Source: Selaginella moellendorffii | Lineage: Eukaryota > Plantae > Lycopodiophyta | NCBI RefSeq assembly: GCF_000143415.4 | Contig: NW_003314262.1 | Coordinates: 3,026,603-3,090,602 of the forward strand | Length of the DNA: 64,000 nucleotides | Direction: 5' to 3' | Shown: in pieces, positions 32,339 through 46,491 of the stretch | Numbering within the stretch: position 1 is the first letter of the stretch | Layout: each line of letters starts with the position of its first letter | Notes under the pieces: model-generated | What the model saw: only the letters and a program-made list of their open reading frames with translations | The model's database searches: none | Told to the model about the DNA's origin: nothing | Translations under genes and position numbers: made by a program

Positions 32339-33211
32339 TTGAAGTCTATAAATCAGCTAAACAATGATACAAAATTAAATTTTATTTTTATTATAGTTTT
32401 TCTTTTTCCAACATATGTTATAGCACCAATTTATAAACCAAAGTTTGGGAGATTTATAATTTTAAATCCTCAGGACATTGTAAAAACTAGTACAATATTT
32501 CAAAAGCTATTATCTAAATTATATTATAATAAAATATATCCTATGGATTATTCAGATGGTGAGCTTATTAGTACTTCAGTAGGAATTCTTGATTTCAGAT
32601 TCAAAACAAAGTATGAATGTGAAAATGAAGAAACAATTACAAGTAAAATTTTGATAGCTGCTTTTGAAAGGATTTTTTATGCAAATATTAATGATATACA
32701 ACTTAATTGTCCAGACTATTTTGAAAATGAAAATAAAGGATATTTTATGCAATATAAATTAATTCAAGAGTGGGTATTTCATAATAGGTTACAATTTAAC
32801 TTTAGTGAAACTTCTAATCCTGTATGCTTTCTTAGACAACATACATTATATAATCCACAACAACTACAATAAAATCAATATTTATTTTCTCTAAATGGTA
32901 AAGTTATTTTAAGGGTAACATCAAATTGTCAAGTTATTATTTTCTATAAAACCATAAAGATATGGGGAACAAAAGTTTTTATAAACTATGATACTATTTG
33001 TGTACTAAAACTCCAAAATGATGGTAACCTTGTCTTATATAGTAATAAAAGAGTATTATGGGGAACCAATAAATACTGTTCTAATCAACCTAATTGTATA
33101 ATATTTTCATACTTAACTATTCAAAATGATTGTAGTTTAAAAATTTACCTAGCAGCATATCCTAATGTTATTTGGTGGATTTTACATAGTCATTACTTAT
33201 GTTTAACATAA
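32339..33211 (+). pseudogene. AT-rich chimeric bulb-type (GNA/B-) lectin ORF interrupted by one TAA (32870-32872)
   Basis: The frame of ORF 32339..32872 continues past the stop as NQYLFSLNGK...IWGT...LKLQNDGNLVLY...LWGT...LTIQNDCSLKIY. The QxDxNxVxY motif is at 33014-33040. No in-frame ATG precedes the hydrophobic N-terminal segment. Confidence 0.7.
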
Positions 33212-34577
33212 TTTCTTTATTCAACATATCTGAATGCTATCATTTTTATTATTATTTATTTTAAATATAAAAAGGAACTTTTACTCTCATTATCCTAGTA
33301 TCTTTTACCATCTAATTCTTGATACTTATGCCATAATTTGAATGAGTAGTTTTTCTTTGCAAATTACTATTTAAGTAGGTATTTGATTGACTGAAACACA
33401 GTGATCTCCCTTATACTACTTAAGTCAATGTTTCACATGATGCTAGAGCCATTGCTATATAACATTTTTTTGCAGCCTTCTAGCCACCCTAAGCCACTTT
33501 ACTCCAATGCTCATAACCCATGAATTAGAGATATTGAAGGATTATAGTATAAAACTAGTGTATAATAATCCTTCCTCCAACCCTATAACCACTTTTTAGC
33601 ATCTTTAAAATGCCCTAAGGTTTAAGGAGACAGTTTTCTTCCTCACCAAGTCCCTCCCAATTCATGGTAGAAGGTCTACTAAGTTTTAATGACCTTTAGA
33701 ACTTCCTCACTCTGTAATAATACTTTTGGTTATTAAGCAAAAGGATTAATCATTTTTGTTTCCTCACAATTAGAGATTTCAAGATAATATTTTAAAACAT
33801 TATAACCTAATACAAATTTTGTGGGTACTCCCACTACCTTCACCACCAAGATGCCCTAACCATGTGGTTAGAATAAACTTTCCAATGCTGCACATGTGAC
33901 CATTACAGTCAAATTGTGACAGCCATATCAACAATTTGAAGTGAAGTTGCCCTAGTACATGTCACCGTCATTGTCATTTTTTTGACAATGGCCTTGTGAT
34001 AATGAAATCAATTTGAATGATTTTTAAAACTGGCCCAGCTGGTTGACCACTATCAAACCTGCAATAGTAGGTTAAAGTGCTATTGCTGATGTGTCAATTT
34101 TTTGTTTTAGGGTTGAGTGAGTAGCAGTTGAACAACTTGGAGATCATGTTCTCCACTCAATATCAACAAGAGTTTCTATATTATAGTTCTCAATTCAGCA
34201 AGGGGAATTTTATTGCTCCCACTCCACTGAAGCCTCCAAAACCAGCTAGAAATCAGGGGCATTGGTCTTTGAATGAATTGTTGATTCTGAATGAAGCAAA
34301 GAAGCATGATTTCTTCTTATAGCAGTGAGGTAGCATTCAGGAGAGGCACAAAAAAAGATTGCAGTTGTTCATTAACAACAAGTCTCCGAGTAAGTTTTGG
34401 ATTTTTTAGACTTCTAGTCATTCACTAAGTTTGCAACTACTGTTTGACACATGGTGTCAACCATTTGCTTGGGCAATGCCAATCTCGGTGGGAGTATATC
34501 TACAAAGAGTTCAACAAAATCAAGTCATATAAATATCATGTTCCTACTAGCAGAAGCAGTTACTAGAACATGATAAT

Positions 34578-37500
34578 TGTAAGTGACTAAATTTTCCATT
34601 CTACTTTAGTCACTTAACCACACCTCCGACCACTTGGAGGAGTCTCACTCACAACCTCCATAAGTCCTATTTCGGACTTGGGGACTTGCTAGCCCCAAGA
34701 ATGGCATCCATGCCACTCAACCGTTGCATTTGGTCCAAGTGCTCCATGTGTCTGGTCCCATGACCGACACCCAAAGGTACCACTGACAGTTCAGCCCGTT
34801 ATGCTAAGGCCATGCCCATTCACCTTTGCTGCACTGGTGGTCCAATACCACTTGCATCACAGTCCCGTCTCTCCAAGACTGGGCCATCCGTCCACGAGTG
34901 GTCTTCCCAGATCCACTCCTTAGCATCCTTAGGATGCCCATAAACATGGGGAATAACCTTCCCCAATATCCCTTTCTCAGTTCCTACCAAGTCCCTTTTC
35001 TATCCATGACCATGTTTGCCAACACTACCACTAGATCAAGGCCCGCAGGCCCGGCCACTAAGTCCCATTGTCCTCTGGGACTTCTTCACCATGTGACCGT
35101 ATCTTTAGTCACTACACTAGAGGACTGCTCCTCCTCCTTTCCCTAGTTTGGGACTTTGGGACAACATTTCGGAACACCATGGCCCTACACGAGCCCCGTG
35201 GGTACTCTCCCCACCTTCCGCCTTTAGGTGCTCTAGCCATAGGCTTAGAGCGAGGTTCCGTTGAGCCACGCTAGGTATCCAAGTAGGTAGTACCACCCAC
35301 ACTTGGACTGAGAGCATCGGCCAGTCGATCTCCCGAGGGAACTAGAGCTGGCTTTTGAACACTTCACCAAACTACCCCACTTGTCGGTCCGTATTCACTC
35401 TAGTCTTGGACTTCCCAATGGATATCCCATCACCAACACTTGGGCACGGCCTTCCTGGGCCAAACTGGCTCCATTGGAGTTCTCCCCCTACTATACTTTT
35501 GGAGCTCACTAAATCCCCCAAGGTCTGGGAGACGAATGCTTTGGGCTTTCACCCTCTCAGACTCGAACTCGGACTCAGACTCGGACTCGGACTCAAACTC
35601 GGGCTCGGTCCTGGCCTTCGCCTCGGTCTCGGTCTCGGTCTCAGTCCCAATCTCGGTCTCGGTCTCAGTCCCGGTCTCGGTCTCAGTCCCGGTCTCGGTC
35701 TCAGTCTCGGTCCCGGTCTCAGTCTCGACCTCGGACTCCATCTCGAGTCCTTCTCGAACTCCATCTCAGATTCCATCTCAGGTCCATCTTAGACTCCATC
35801 TCGGACTCCGTCTCGGTCCATCTTGGACTCCATCTCGGGTCCATCTCGGACTCCATCTCGGACTCCATCTCGGACTCCACCTCGGGTCCATCTCAGACTC
35901 CATCTGGGACTCCACCTTGGGTCCATCTCAGACTCTATCTTGGACTCCACCTCGGGTCCATCTCGGACTCCACTTCGGACTCCACCTTGGGTCCATTTCG
36001 GACTCCATCTCAAACTCCATCTCGGGTCCATCTCGGACTCCACCTCAGACTCCACTTTGGGTCCATCTCAGACTCCATCTCGGGTCCATCTTAGACTCCA
36101 CCTCGGACTCCACTTTGGGTCCATCTCAGACTCCATCTCGGGTCCATCTCGGACTCCATCTCGAGTCCATCTCGGACTCCACTTCGGACTCCAACTCAGG
36201 TCCATCTTGGACTCCATCTCAGACACTTCCATGTGTCATGTGTTGGTCCTTTTGGGTCCCTTTTTTGGAGCTTTGCTTATTGCTCGCTTTGTGCTCGTTC
36301 CTCGAGCACCTTGTTGGGAGTTCCACTCCCACTCTCAACTTTTCAAGTTGGAGGTTTTGGTCCAAACGTGTTACGCTTGTTTGGCTTTCGCTTTGGCCAC
36401 TACCACGTAGCACCCTTCCGGCTCCACTTTGGGGCCTAGGGATTTTGTGTCTCACAACTCCACCACACATAGACGAAGTTCGATGTCCTCATCGAACGAT
36501 AAACTATTTTATAAAGTAATACCAACATGTATTACCCTTTCTATTCTTAGCATCTCGCCAATATTTGTTAATGGTTATATACCGAAGGCTCACCATACCT
36601 TGCCCTTCTTCCAAGGAGCATAATCTCTCCAAATTAGAGACTGATTGGACTACTTGTGGTGGTCCTCTCCTTTTATTAGTGTAGTTCTTGCTAAACCTGT
36701 TAAAGACACCGTCTCTATCTCAACCCCACTACTCCTTCTCAAGTAGTCTCAACTTTTATTAATATAACCAGTTCACCTTGGAACTTTTAATTTTGACTCT
36801 CAAAGTCAATTTCCTTGGTGTTTCTAACACCTTTCATTGCACATATTATGCAACTTCACTTCCCCATCCTAAGAAGTTCTTTACTTGAGGGCACCATCAT
36901 CCTCTCTTATATTTCGTGCCACCTTAGGCACTAAGTTCCAGTTATCATACTTTGTGCTAGGGCTGTCCATGGACCTATCATTTGGCTACTTTGCCACTCC
37001 CTCCTTGGAAATTTCACCTTTGCCAACTTGGAGCATTTGGGAATCCATCCTTGGAAGCACACTTCCTTTCTCACCATCCGTTAGCATCTAACACCTTAGT
37101 GTTCCATGCCTAACTTTGCCATTTGGATTCTCTCTAATGAACTCTATGGCTCATGCTTGGCCACTAGTCTTTTGCTCCTATCCTTGATTGTTGCACCCAG
37201 CAACATAGGATCGCTACCTCCATTCTCAAGGTATCCTTTCAGTCCCATAACAAACACTTTGCTTTGCCAAGTCCAAAGGGTGTTCACCCCTAGTATGTCT
37301 CTTTAACATTTTCTACTGTGGGCTCTATCCATGGCCCAACTTTGAGACCCTCCCATGAATCTATTATAGAGACTACTTTCCTCAGACTTACTATACCATC
37401 GCATTGACATAGCTTATTTCTCTTAGGTGTTCTTCCCACTTGGTCACCTTGACCAAGCCCCACCACCATCAACAGTTTCAATCAACATTTTGAACTAAAA

Positions 37501-40500
37501 ACCTTATTCCTTAACTTCACAAGGACCTTGTCCTTGCTTAGCTATAAGACCACCTAGTGATCTAACCTTGGCACCTTACCGGGTTTGGCAATAGGTACTA
37601 GGTCTTCCAGACCCTTAAGTTGTTCACCATGATCTCGGGGGCATCCCCTACACTTGGCGGTGCACCCAAGCCAGCCCTTCCAGCTAAGGTTCCATAGCAA
37701 CTAAGACTGGGTGTCCCCATCTCATTCACCACGTCCTTGGTGCCCCTTGCACTAAAGTATTCAAGTTAGATATGTTGAGCTTTCACTCTAAACAATCTAG
37801 CTGTGCATCATGACTCCAGAGCATCCTCCGCTTGGCGGTGTGCACAAGCCAGTCTTCTCACTGAAAGTCCATGACCACTAAAATATGAGTGTCCTCATAT
37901 TCCAAACTATCACCACGCCCTAGTGATTTGGGACTCGAACCCAAGCACTAGAGGGTCGGGACTCGAACCCAACCTCCATATATGCATCTACGGATGGCAT
38001 CACACCGGATGCCTGGCGTGACTCCCCATGTTGGTGCACCAACATATACTTAAAGCGCGCTATAGATCACAGCTTAGGAACCTAGTTCCTCCGCACTACC
38101 AAATCCTCTCACTTGACAAGTCTGTGATCATGTATGGACTCCTCCATGCTCGGCCCCATGGGCCACCCCTTTGAAGTTAAGACCTTCAACTAGGGAATTT
38201 GTTCCCCTAACTTGCCAATCTCACTTAGCAAGTCATCCGGCCACCGTAACATGGTTCATGCATAAGCGTGAAAGTCCTTAACCATCGACTTTCGTTCAAA
38301 GCCCTCTCTTCGAACACTCGAGAACTACTTCCCCAACCTTGATAGCCTCGCCTCATGGCCAGCTTTAAGACCACACTTCTATTGTGCCACTCTGATTTTG
38401 TGCGCTCTAGGAATCATTTACATTTGGCTTTTTAGGTACTTATCTACCCAGAATTGTCTTTGGGAACTTTCAAGGAACTCTGTTCCTTAGTTTGTTAAGG
38501 CTTCTCTTTTGCAAGCTCCCTACTCACCACATGGTCTAACATGGATAATTCCACATTTTAAACTTTCTATGGCACCATGGTTGCTAGTAACTACATCCTC
38601 GAAAACCCTCTTGATTCTCCACTCCCAACTTGTATAACCATCGTTGGTTATGCCCTTTAATTTCTATGGTTCAGTTCCATCCTAATACTACTTGCCTTTT
38701 GGCCCCATATGTTTCCTTTAGTTATTTTCCTCCAGACTAGGAGGATAGCTTTGCACGTTTTACCATGCCTTAGCAAGTATTCATAGGGATAAACCTACCC
38801 AATAGCTTAGGGAGTGGTTCCTCAATCTGGGCATGCTCACCACACACCGGGATTACCGTTGCTACTTATGGGCTTCCATATGCCCATCACTAGCTTTACC
38901 AAAATCCCATTTTTGGCTTTGTCCAAATCGAGTAGACGGATTCCTCCCGTCTCCACAACCTTGGACGTTTGGATGGCATCTCCTATCCATCATTTGCTAG
39001 AGATTTAGTCCCTTGGGCCTTATCTATTGCCCTCGCGACACTAAACACCATCTCCTGGTGTTCTAGAGTGTTTAGGTGTCCCAATGATGGTCTCCTTGAC
39101 AATGAGCATTTCCTTTTTCGACATTGACTCACTATATCACAACATAAGCAATTTATCCCCCGTAAAGGTATATCTAACTTTTTTATGCTATTAAAAAGTC
39201 TTGGGTAGCTACCTTCTACCTGTTTAACCAATTATCTTGCACCTCTTGCTTAATTGCCCTATAATTTTTAAGTTCTACAACTCATTGTTTGATGCTTCCA
39301 CACCTCCATCATTATCTGGGTCACCACACTCTAACCACATGCTTTCTAGCTTAGGCTATGCCATTCCCTTGGCAAGGGGTTCCCATGAACCCATCAACAT
39401 AACCTCAAGGTATCTCACTTTGGCATATTTGGTGTCTCCACACCAATGGCTCCATGAGCCTACCTCTATGACACTTTTTACTTGTGTCTAGGTTTTTGCC
39501 AAGACCAAAGCAGTTGTTTTTCATGCCAACTATCAGTTAACATTGCACCATAGTGTTCACACACAACTCTATGCCAAAGTTGCTTTCTTTTTTGGGGAAC
39601 ACCTTTCCCACGACTTTAGCATGGCCCATTTTGCCATTGATGAGATACCCTTTGTTCTCATCCTTGGATCCTATGATCCCCCCCCCCCCCATCCTTCGTG
39701 GGGTACAACACACCTCAGTCCAAATGCTTCCATCAATCCTTTAGGATTATTCCTTGACTCTATTTGAGTCATCCAGCTTTTTGGACTTTGTCATCTGACG
39801 ACCCATGAGGTCCTACCTTTGAGGTGCCAGCTCACTGGAATACAACTTCTTGTATTCAAGTCCCACTCATAAGGACCATCTTTGCAAGTGTTACTCTGAC
39901 ACTTGATTTGTTCTCTTGGGGCAACTTTTTGCCCCTTAGGACCACTTGCCCATGAGATGAGAATACCAACTTATCCTCTGAGTACACCCCCAACTCCTTG
40001 GGTTGTTCTAGCATTCATTAGAGGTAGCTCCGGCTACCATTTCAAGGACTCATGTTCTTTTCCATATTTGACCTCCCACTGTCATTACTTCTGGTCTCAC
40101 ATTTATGAGCACCAACCTCAACTATATGAGGATAATCTTATGACTCCTTTATTACTTTAGAGTTTTTATCTTTCACGTAATCCCAACTATAGTTGTTTAC
40201 CACAACTACATTAGCCAGTTGGCTACATCAAACACTCATCTGGATCACATCCTCAACTCTTCGAGGAAACCCTTATACTATTCCCAAGATCCCGAAGTTG
40301 TTCCCTTACTGGCCCCTTTTCTATCCACCACATCGCGCCCCAGTTCACATATGAACTTGAGTGGAGAGCCATGTACTCTCGATATGCAACTCCTCAAGGA
40401 TAGGCCCACTTCTAGGACCTCCCGATGCCAATATCAATAGTGATATACTTGAGCACCAATAAAAGTCAGACTAAGGAACCGCTCCGATACTAAGTTGTAA

Positions 40501-41029
40501 GTGACTAAATTTTCCATTCTACTTTAGTCACTTAACCACACCTCTGACCACTTGGAGGAGTCTCACTCACAACCTCCATAAGTCCTATTCCAGACTTGGG
40601 GACTTGCTAGCCCCAAGAATGGCATCTGTACCACTCAACTGTTGCATTTGGTCCAAGTGCTCCACGTGTCTAGTCCCATGACCGACACCCAAAGGTACCA
40701 CTAATAGTTCGGCCCGTTACGCTAAGGCCATGCCCATTCACCTTTGCTGCACTGGTGGTCCAATACCACTTGCATCACAGTCTCGTCTCTCCAAGACTGG
40801 ACCATCCATCCACGAGTGGTCTTCCCAGATCCACTCTTTAGCATCCTTAGGATGCCCACAAACATGGGGAATAACCTTCCCCAATATCCCTTTGTTAGTT
40901 CCTATCAAGTCCTTTTTCTGTCCATGGCCATGTTTGCCAACACTACCACTAGATCAAGGCCCGTAGGCCCGGCCACTAAGTCCCATTGTCCTCTGGGACT
41001 TCTTCACCATGTGACCGTATCCTTAGTCA
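34578..41029 (-). mobile_element. LTR retroelement: complete 3' LTR 34578-36456, degenerate internal region, tRNA-iMet PBS 40481-40492, truncated 5' LTR 40496-41029
   Basis: TGTAAGTGAC... is repeated directly at 34578 and 40496 (~95% identical over ~530 bp by eye). PBS TAGTATCGGAGC resembles TGGTATCAGAGC. The LTR end ...CTCACA is defined by the solo copies. No intact pol domains recognised. Confidence 0.85.
35555..36222. repeat. Minisatellite inside the LTR: 6-mer (CTCGGT/CTCAGT) block followed by a 10/12-mer GACTCCATCTCG / GGTCCATCTC block
   Basis: Directly visible. Shorter, decayed versions are at 45115-45500 (-) and 58000-58220 (+). Confidence 0.9.
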
Positions 41030-42029
41030 AGGTATGATTTGTAGTTTTTGTTCATAATCATGTTTGGCAATAACAGGAAACAACAACAATCTTGAAAAAC
41101 ATAGTTTAGGCCAGTTAAGGAAGAAGTCTGGCATATAATTTGTAGAACAACTTGCAAAAGCACTACATGACAAAAATGTGAGCTTTATTAATACAATGGA
41201 AGAAAGCTAGAAGGAAATTTATTGTCAAAATCTGAAGAAGGAAGAATTCATGAAGCATACTCTAATTATGGATAGCCAAATGGTGAAGAGTGTGGATCAA
41301 GTAGCTCAAGCTTTGTTTGCAATTGTTGATTTTTTGGTAAATTAATTCATTTTCTTATTCATGAACTTCACTTTTGTAATTTACAGCGTCGCTGATTACT
41401 ATCTCTGAAGCAATGAAAAAGATGATGAACTAATGAAGATGTGATGATTTACTAGAAAATAAATTAGTTTTAGGAATAGATGATTGAGGACACCATCAAT
41501 TGGTAGATTGTGTTCAATCAACTTGTGGTTTGGACTCAAAGCCTTCTCATTTGGCATCTGGTCTTCAATCAACTCATCACTCAGATCATCAATTGGGCTT
41601 GTTTTTGCACAAAAGAAAAAAAAAAAACAAAAACAAAAAGTAATTATAATATGTTTAAGACTGCATACCATTTGTTTGCTCCTACTTGGCATTTCCAAAT
41701 CCATCCACAAGAAAATTTCCACTCACTATAGTGTAGGATCTAGTTACAAAACTTCTGTAGAGACAAAGCAAGCAAAATATGACACAATTGATCAGTTGGT
41801 TGTTGCTTATAGAAGATCCAAAAAGCATCTCAAATAAGATTTTGAGGATGAGAGGCTTGAAGCTACTCTTCAACAACAATTAATGGTGGTGTATCATCAC
41901 ATATACTTAGTAGTAGTTGGGAGTTTGTTGCAGCTGAACCTCTTTCAGGAGAGAGATTTCTATATCAGACAAAGGTCTTTTCACTGGTTTTGTCATTGGG
42001 TGGATAAAGTTGAAATGCAAGATCCAACA

Positions 42030-42937
42030 AGGTGGAGAGAGTTCTTCAGAGTTTTCTATGAACAGTTTATGACAATTTGCAAACTTGTTACTTCATCAAT
42101 GCAGACAAGCTGCCTCTTAGTTTGAAAAACATTCTATCTAGATATGTTCCTGTTGGTAAGCAAGTTGCCATTGCTTTACGAAGATTAGCTTCAAGTAATT
42201 CTTTTGCTAGTTTGGTAGAGCATTTCTGTGTTTCTTCAACAACTATCTAGAAGTATTGTCAAAAGTTCTTCGACACAACATTTTAGCATCTAGGACAATT
42301 TCTCGTGTTGCCAGTAGATCTGTCAGTAGTAAAAATAAGTTTTGAGAGTCTTCATAACTTCCCAAATTGCTATGGTGCAATTGACAGCATGCATTTTGAG
42401 ATTAAACTTCCTAAAAATGCTTTTGTAAGTGATTATTATAATAAGGACAAGGCTTACTCAATTGTCATGCAAGCAATTGTGGATAGTGAAGCAACGTTCC
42501 TGGATATTCAAGTTGGAAATCCTAGGAGTTGCAACAACATAACTGTTTTGAGGAAGAGTTCATTCTACAAAAGGGCTCAATCAATTGAGATTTTTAATGG
42601 ACAAGTAGTCTCAAGAGGCCAATACCAGTTTTGGGAGTACATCATCGGAGACTCAAGATACTATGAGCTTTCGTGATTGGTTATACCATTTCCATATGCA
42701 AATGGAACTAAATGGAAAGAAGCATTCAACTTTTACTTGTTGTCTTTGAGAATGGTATGTGAAAGAAGTTTTGGATTGCTTAAAGATCATTGGAGGATAT
42801 TTAGGAAGCTAATTGAAGTTGAGACCATCACTCAGTTAATAGTTTCCATTAAAACAACTTACATTTTGCATAACTTCATTATTGATACAGGTGACATAGG
42901 GGAAATATACATTGAGCCTGAGTTAGTGACTTATTGA
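42030..42937 (+). pseudogene. Harbinger (HARBI1/DDE_Tnp_4-type) transposase, inactivated
   Basis: KQVAIALRRLAS, FPNCYGAIDSMH, YSIVMQAIVDS, YIIGDSRY and LRMVCERSFGLLKDHWRIF, with internal stops and a frameshift. Confidence 0.9.
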
Positions 42938-44891
42938 CCACAAGGCCGGCAATTGAAGCCTCATGTTGCTACTACAAATCTTAGAAACATTCTCACTAAT
43001 TATGTAGTAGACTTAAACAAATCCACTTGAAGCTCACGAATTTTTTTATCTAGCTACAAGTATCTTTAACGTATTGATTTGCATACTTATTGATACGGCA
43101 ACAACTGCAACAACAATTGCAGCAACCACATAAACCACAGTTGTTGCCTTGTCCATTGCACATGAACCCTAATGATGTGGTATTAATCAATGACAAATTA
43201 GCATTGACTCAGTAGTAACTTGATTTTAGAATATTCTAGAATAATCTAACATGGATGATGGTTACATATATAGTGCCACTGTCATTTTATCAACATCACC
43301 ATTAACAAAATGATGGTGATGGTCACATGTGCAATGTCTATTAGCCATATAAGGTATCTAAATAGGTAGTGCCACCACACTTTGATTACCATTTGATTTT
43401 CTATAAGAGTTAAAATTAACTATTAAACACTTTATTAAATCAATCTATTTATTCTTTGGTCATATTGATTCTTCTAGAGTCCTCCTCTCTATTATCCCAT
43501 AAAGATTTACTAAACTTTTTAAGGTTTTAAATACAATTATTTTATGATTTTACCCACCTTTGGATATGTTAACATCAGATATAACTAATACTTCAAACAT
43601 GTAATTTTTCAAGAGGGTGAGATGGTTTTTACATCATTCCACTTTAAGTCCTTAAGTTTTAGATTGTCTCAACACATTCATATGTAGACTTCTGCCCAAC
43701 CACTGCTATATACACACCTTTAGCTCAATTTTTGGAATTTAGGGATTTGTCTTACACCAAGTTATTTTTTAATTTTTATTTCCCTATTTTCTTATTGACA
43801 ACTATTAAAAATCCTTTTTTCATAGTTTTCTTTTAGTTTTGTTCTTCTTATTTTAGTGTCAAAAGAAACAAAATATTATCTAGAGAAATTTGGACCAACA
43901 TATGTCATCTTAATATATCACATGATTTTCCTAGCTAACTAATAAAGTTAGACCTAAGACTACTCATATACGAAATATAACCTTCTAAATTTAAATTTCC
44001 TAGGAACTTATCTTAGTACTATTCTAGCTCAAAAATTAAAAAAATGTGCACTTTTATTTATAATCCCTTCCCTCCTTATTTGAACTTCAACTCTCAAATT
44101 ATTTCTTTTAATTATTTACAAAAATTTCCTACTTTCTCTTTTTTGCCATAAATGTTTTTTTTATTTCTTCAAGAGAATGGGGTACAAGAGATGGACGAGA
44201 GTCTAGCCTTGAGGATGAGTGATAATGGTAGTCAAATAAAAATGACATAGATTATAGAGTGAGTATAAGTGTAGCAATGCCAAAAGGAACATCTAACCCT
44301 AATGGAATGAAATCAAAGTGTAGTGAAGTGAGTATAAATAGAATAAGTCAAAGAAAAACCAATGTTTTAAAAGTTTTCTTCTTTCAAAGATGGTTTAAAA
44401 ATGATGTGGAGATAAAATAGAATGACTTTATCCTTTCTACTAGACATAACTAAGAGATCATGATTCTCAATTAATGCAATGTTAATCACAAATTTTCTTT
44501 TGCCAATTTGCTAGTTTACCTTGTCTATTTGACCATTTTTACCTTAGCCTTACCTAAGTTCCCTTGCCAAGGTTCCATCCTATTATACTAATTCCAGCTT
44601 GGTCCTGCTTAAGTTCAACTACTTACTACATAAGTAACAAAGTGTTAACTAATTCTTTAGAAGTTCTAAACTCTATCCCAATCCTCCTCTTTGGGTTAAA
44701 CATGATTTAAGGTTTAACTACACTCCCCGAAGGCACAAATAACCAAACACACTAAGCACTGAAGGGAAATATCACAGCCTAATTACCTAATATAAATACC
44801 TCAATTCCCCGTATGCATCCCAAAGGGAAGGCCTAAGCCCCTAAAAAGGGGCAAGGACCAATAAGCCTCATAGTACATAAGTGGGGCACCA

Positions 44892-46491
44892 TGTAAAACA
44901 AAAATCCCTAAACCCTAAAGTGGAGTCGAAAAGGTGTTATAGCTCTTGATTTTCCAAGTTGAACCTTTTGGTCCAAATATGTTACGTTTGTTAGACTTCC
45001 ACTTCTACCACTACCAGGGAGTGGAGGAATAAGCATGAAGCAATCGGTGAATGAGTCTCTAATACTAACATATAGCAAGTGTCATGACACATGGAAATGT
45101 CAGGAACAAGTCCGAAAAAAAGTCCGAGAAGGAGTCTGAGAAGGAGTCTGAAATGGAGTCCGAGAAGGAGTCCAAGAAGGAATTTGAGATGGAGTCCACT
45201 ATAGACCCGAGATGGACCCAAGATAGAGTTTGAGATGGAGTCTGATATAGATCTGAGATGGAGATCGAGATGGAGTCTAAGATGGATCCGAGATGGACTT
45301 GAGATAGAGTCCAAGATGGACTCAAAATAGAGTCCCAAGAGGTAGTCTGAGATGGAGTCCAATATGGATCTGAGATAGACCCAAGATGGAGATTGAGACT
45401 AGGTCTGTGGTCGAGTCCAAGGTCGAGTCGAGGTTGAGACCAAGACCGAGACTGAGACCCAGATTGAGTAAGAGAACGAGACCAAGTCTAAGTGTAAATC
45501 TGAGGGTGAAAGCTCAAAGTGATCATCTCTTAAACCCTAGGGAGTTTAGTGAGCTCCAAAAGTATAGTAGGGGAAAGACTCTAGTGGAGCCAATTTGGCA
45601 AGAAAAGGCTAATGTAACCAAGGAAGGTTATACCCATGTGGTGGGTGATGATATAACCACTGAGAAGTCTAATGTTAAAGTGAATATAAATGGAAAAATG
45701 GGGTAACTTGGTGAAGTGTTCAAGAGCCGCTTTTAACTCCCTCGGAAAATAGAATAGTCAATGCTCCTAATCCAAGTGTGAATGGCACTACCTACTTGGA
45801 TACCTAGTGTGGCTCATCCGAACCTCGCTCTACCCACATGGTTAAGGCACCTAAAGGTGGAAGGTGGAAAGAGTACCTACAAGACTTGCATAAAGCCACA
45901 ATGTTTCGAAATATTGTCCCAAAATCCTGGATTGTGGAAGGGAAAAAGATCTTGCATAGTGACTAAAGGCATGGTCAAATGGTGAGGATGTTCCAGAGGT
46001 CAATGGGACTTAATGATCAGGCCCTCAAGCTATGACTCAATGGCAATATTAGTGAGCATGGCCGTGTTTGGAGAAGGACTTGGTAGAGACTAAAAAAAGG
46101 ATATTGGGGAAAGATGTTCCCCGTCTCTAAGCATCTTAAGGGTGCTAAAGTGTGGTCAAGGGATGACTACTCATGGATGGGTGGCCTAGTTTTTGAGAGA
46201 TAGGATTGTGATATAAATAGTTTTGGACTATTGATGTGACAAAGGTGAATGGACATGGCCTTAGCGTAACGGGCTGACATATTAATGGTACCTTTGGGTG
46301 TCAAATATGAGATTGGACATGTGGAACACTTGAATCAAATGCCAAGGCTAAGTGGCATAAATGCTATTCTCAGTGCTAGCATATCTCCAAGTTAAGAACA
46401 AAACTTATAAAGGTCAAGAGTGAGACTCTTTTAAGTGGTCAAAGATGTGATAAAATGACTAAAATAGAATGGAAAATTTAATTGCTTACCA
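44892..46491 (+). mobile_element. Solo LTR of the same family as 34578-36456, in the opposite orientation
   Basis: Reverse-complement similarity over the whole LTR including the minisatellite. Starts TG; imperfect TSD CACCA/CTCCA. Confidence 0.8.

Larger units (their letters stand above)
33885..43335 (+). mobile_element. Degenerate PIF/Harbinger DNA transposon (Myb/SANT-like ORF + DDE transposase) containing a nested LTR element
   Basis: Inverted termini TGCACATGTGACCAT (33889-33903) and ATGGTCACATGTGCA (43319-43333). A Myb/trihelix-like GHWSLNELLILNEAKK lies at ~34260, and the transposase at 42.0-42.9 kb. Confidence 0.75.

Noticed and set aside
35355-36519. Long ORFs (359 aa, 195 aa) and a CRISPR-like appearance
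   Set aside because: These are products of the stop-poor LTR minisatellite. There are no unique spacers or cas genes, and the context is eukaryotic.
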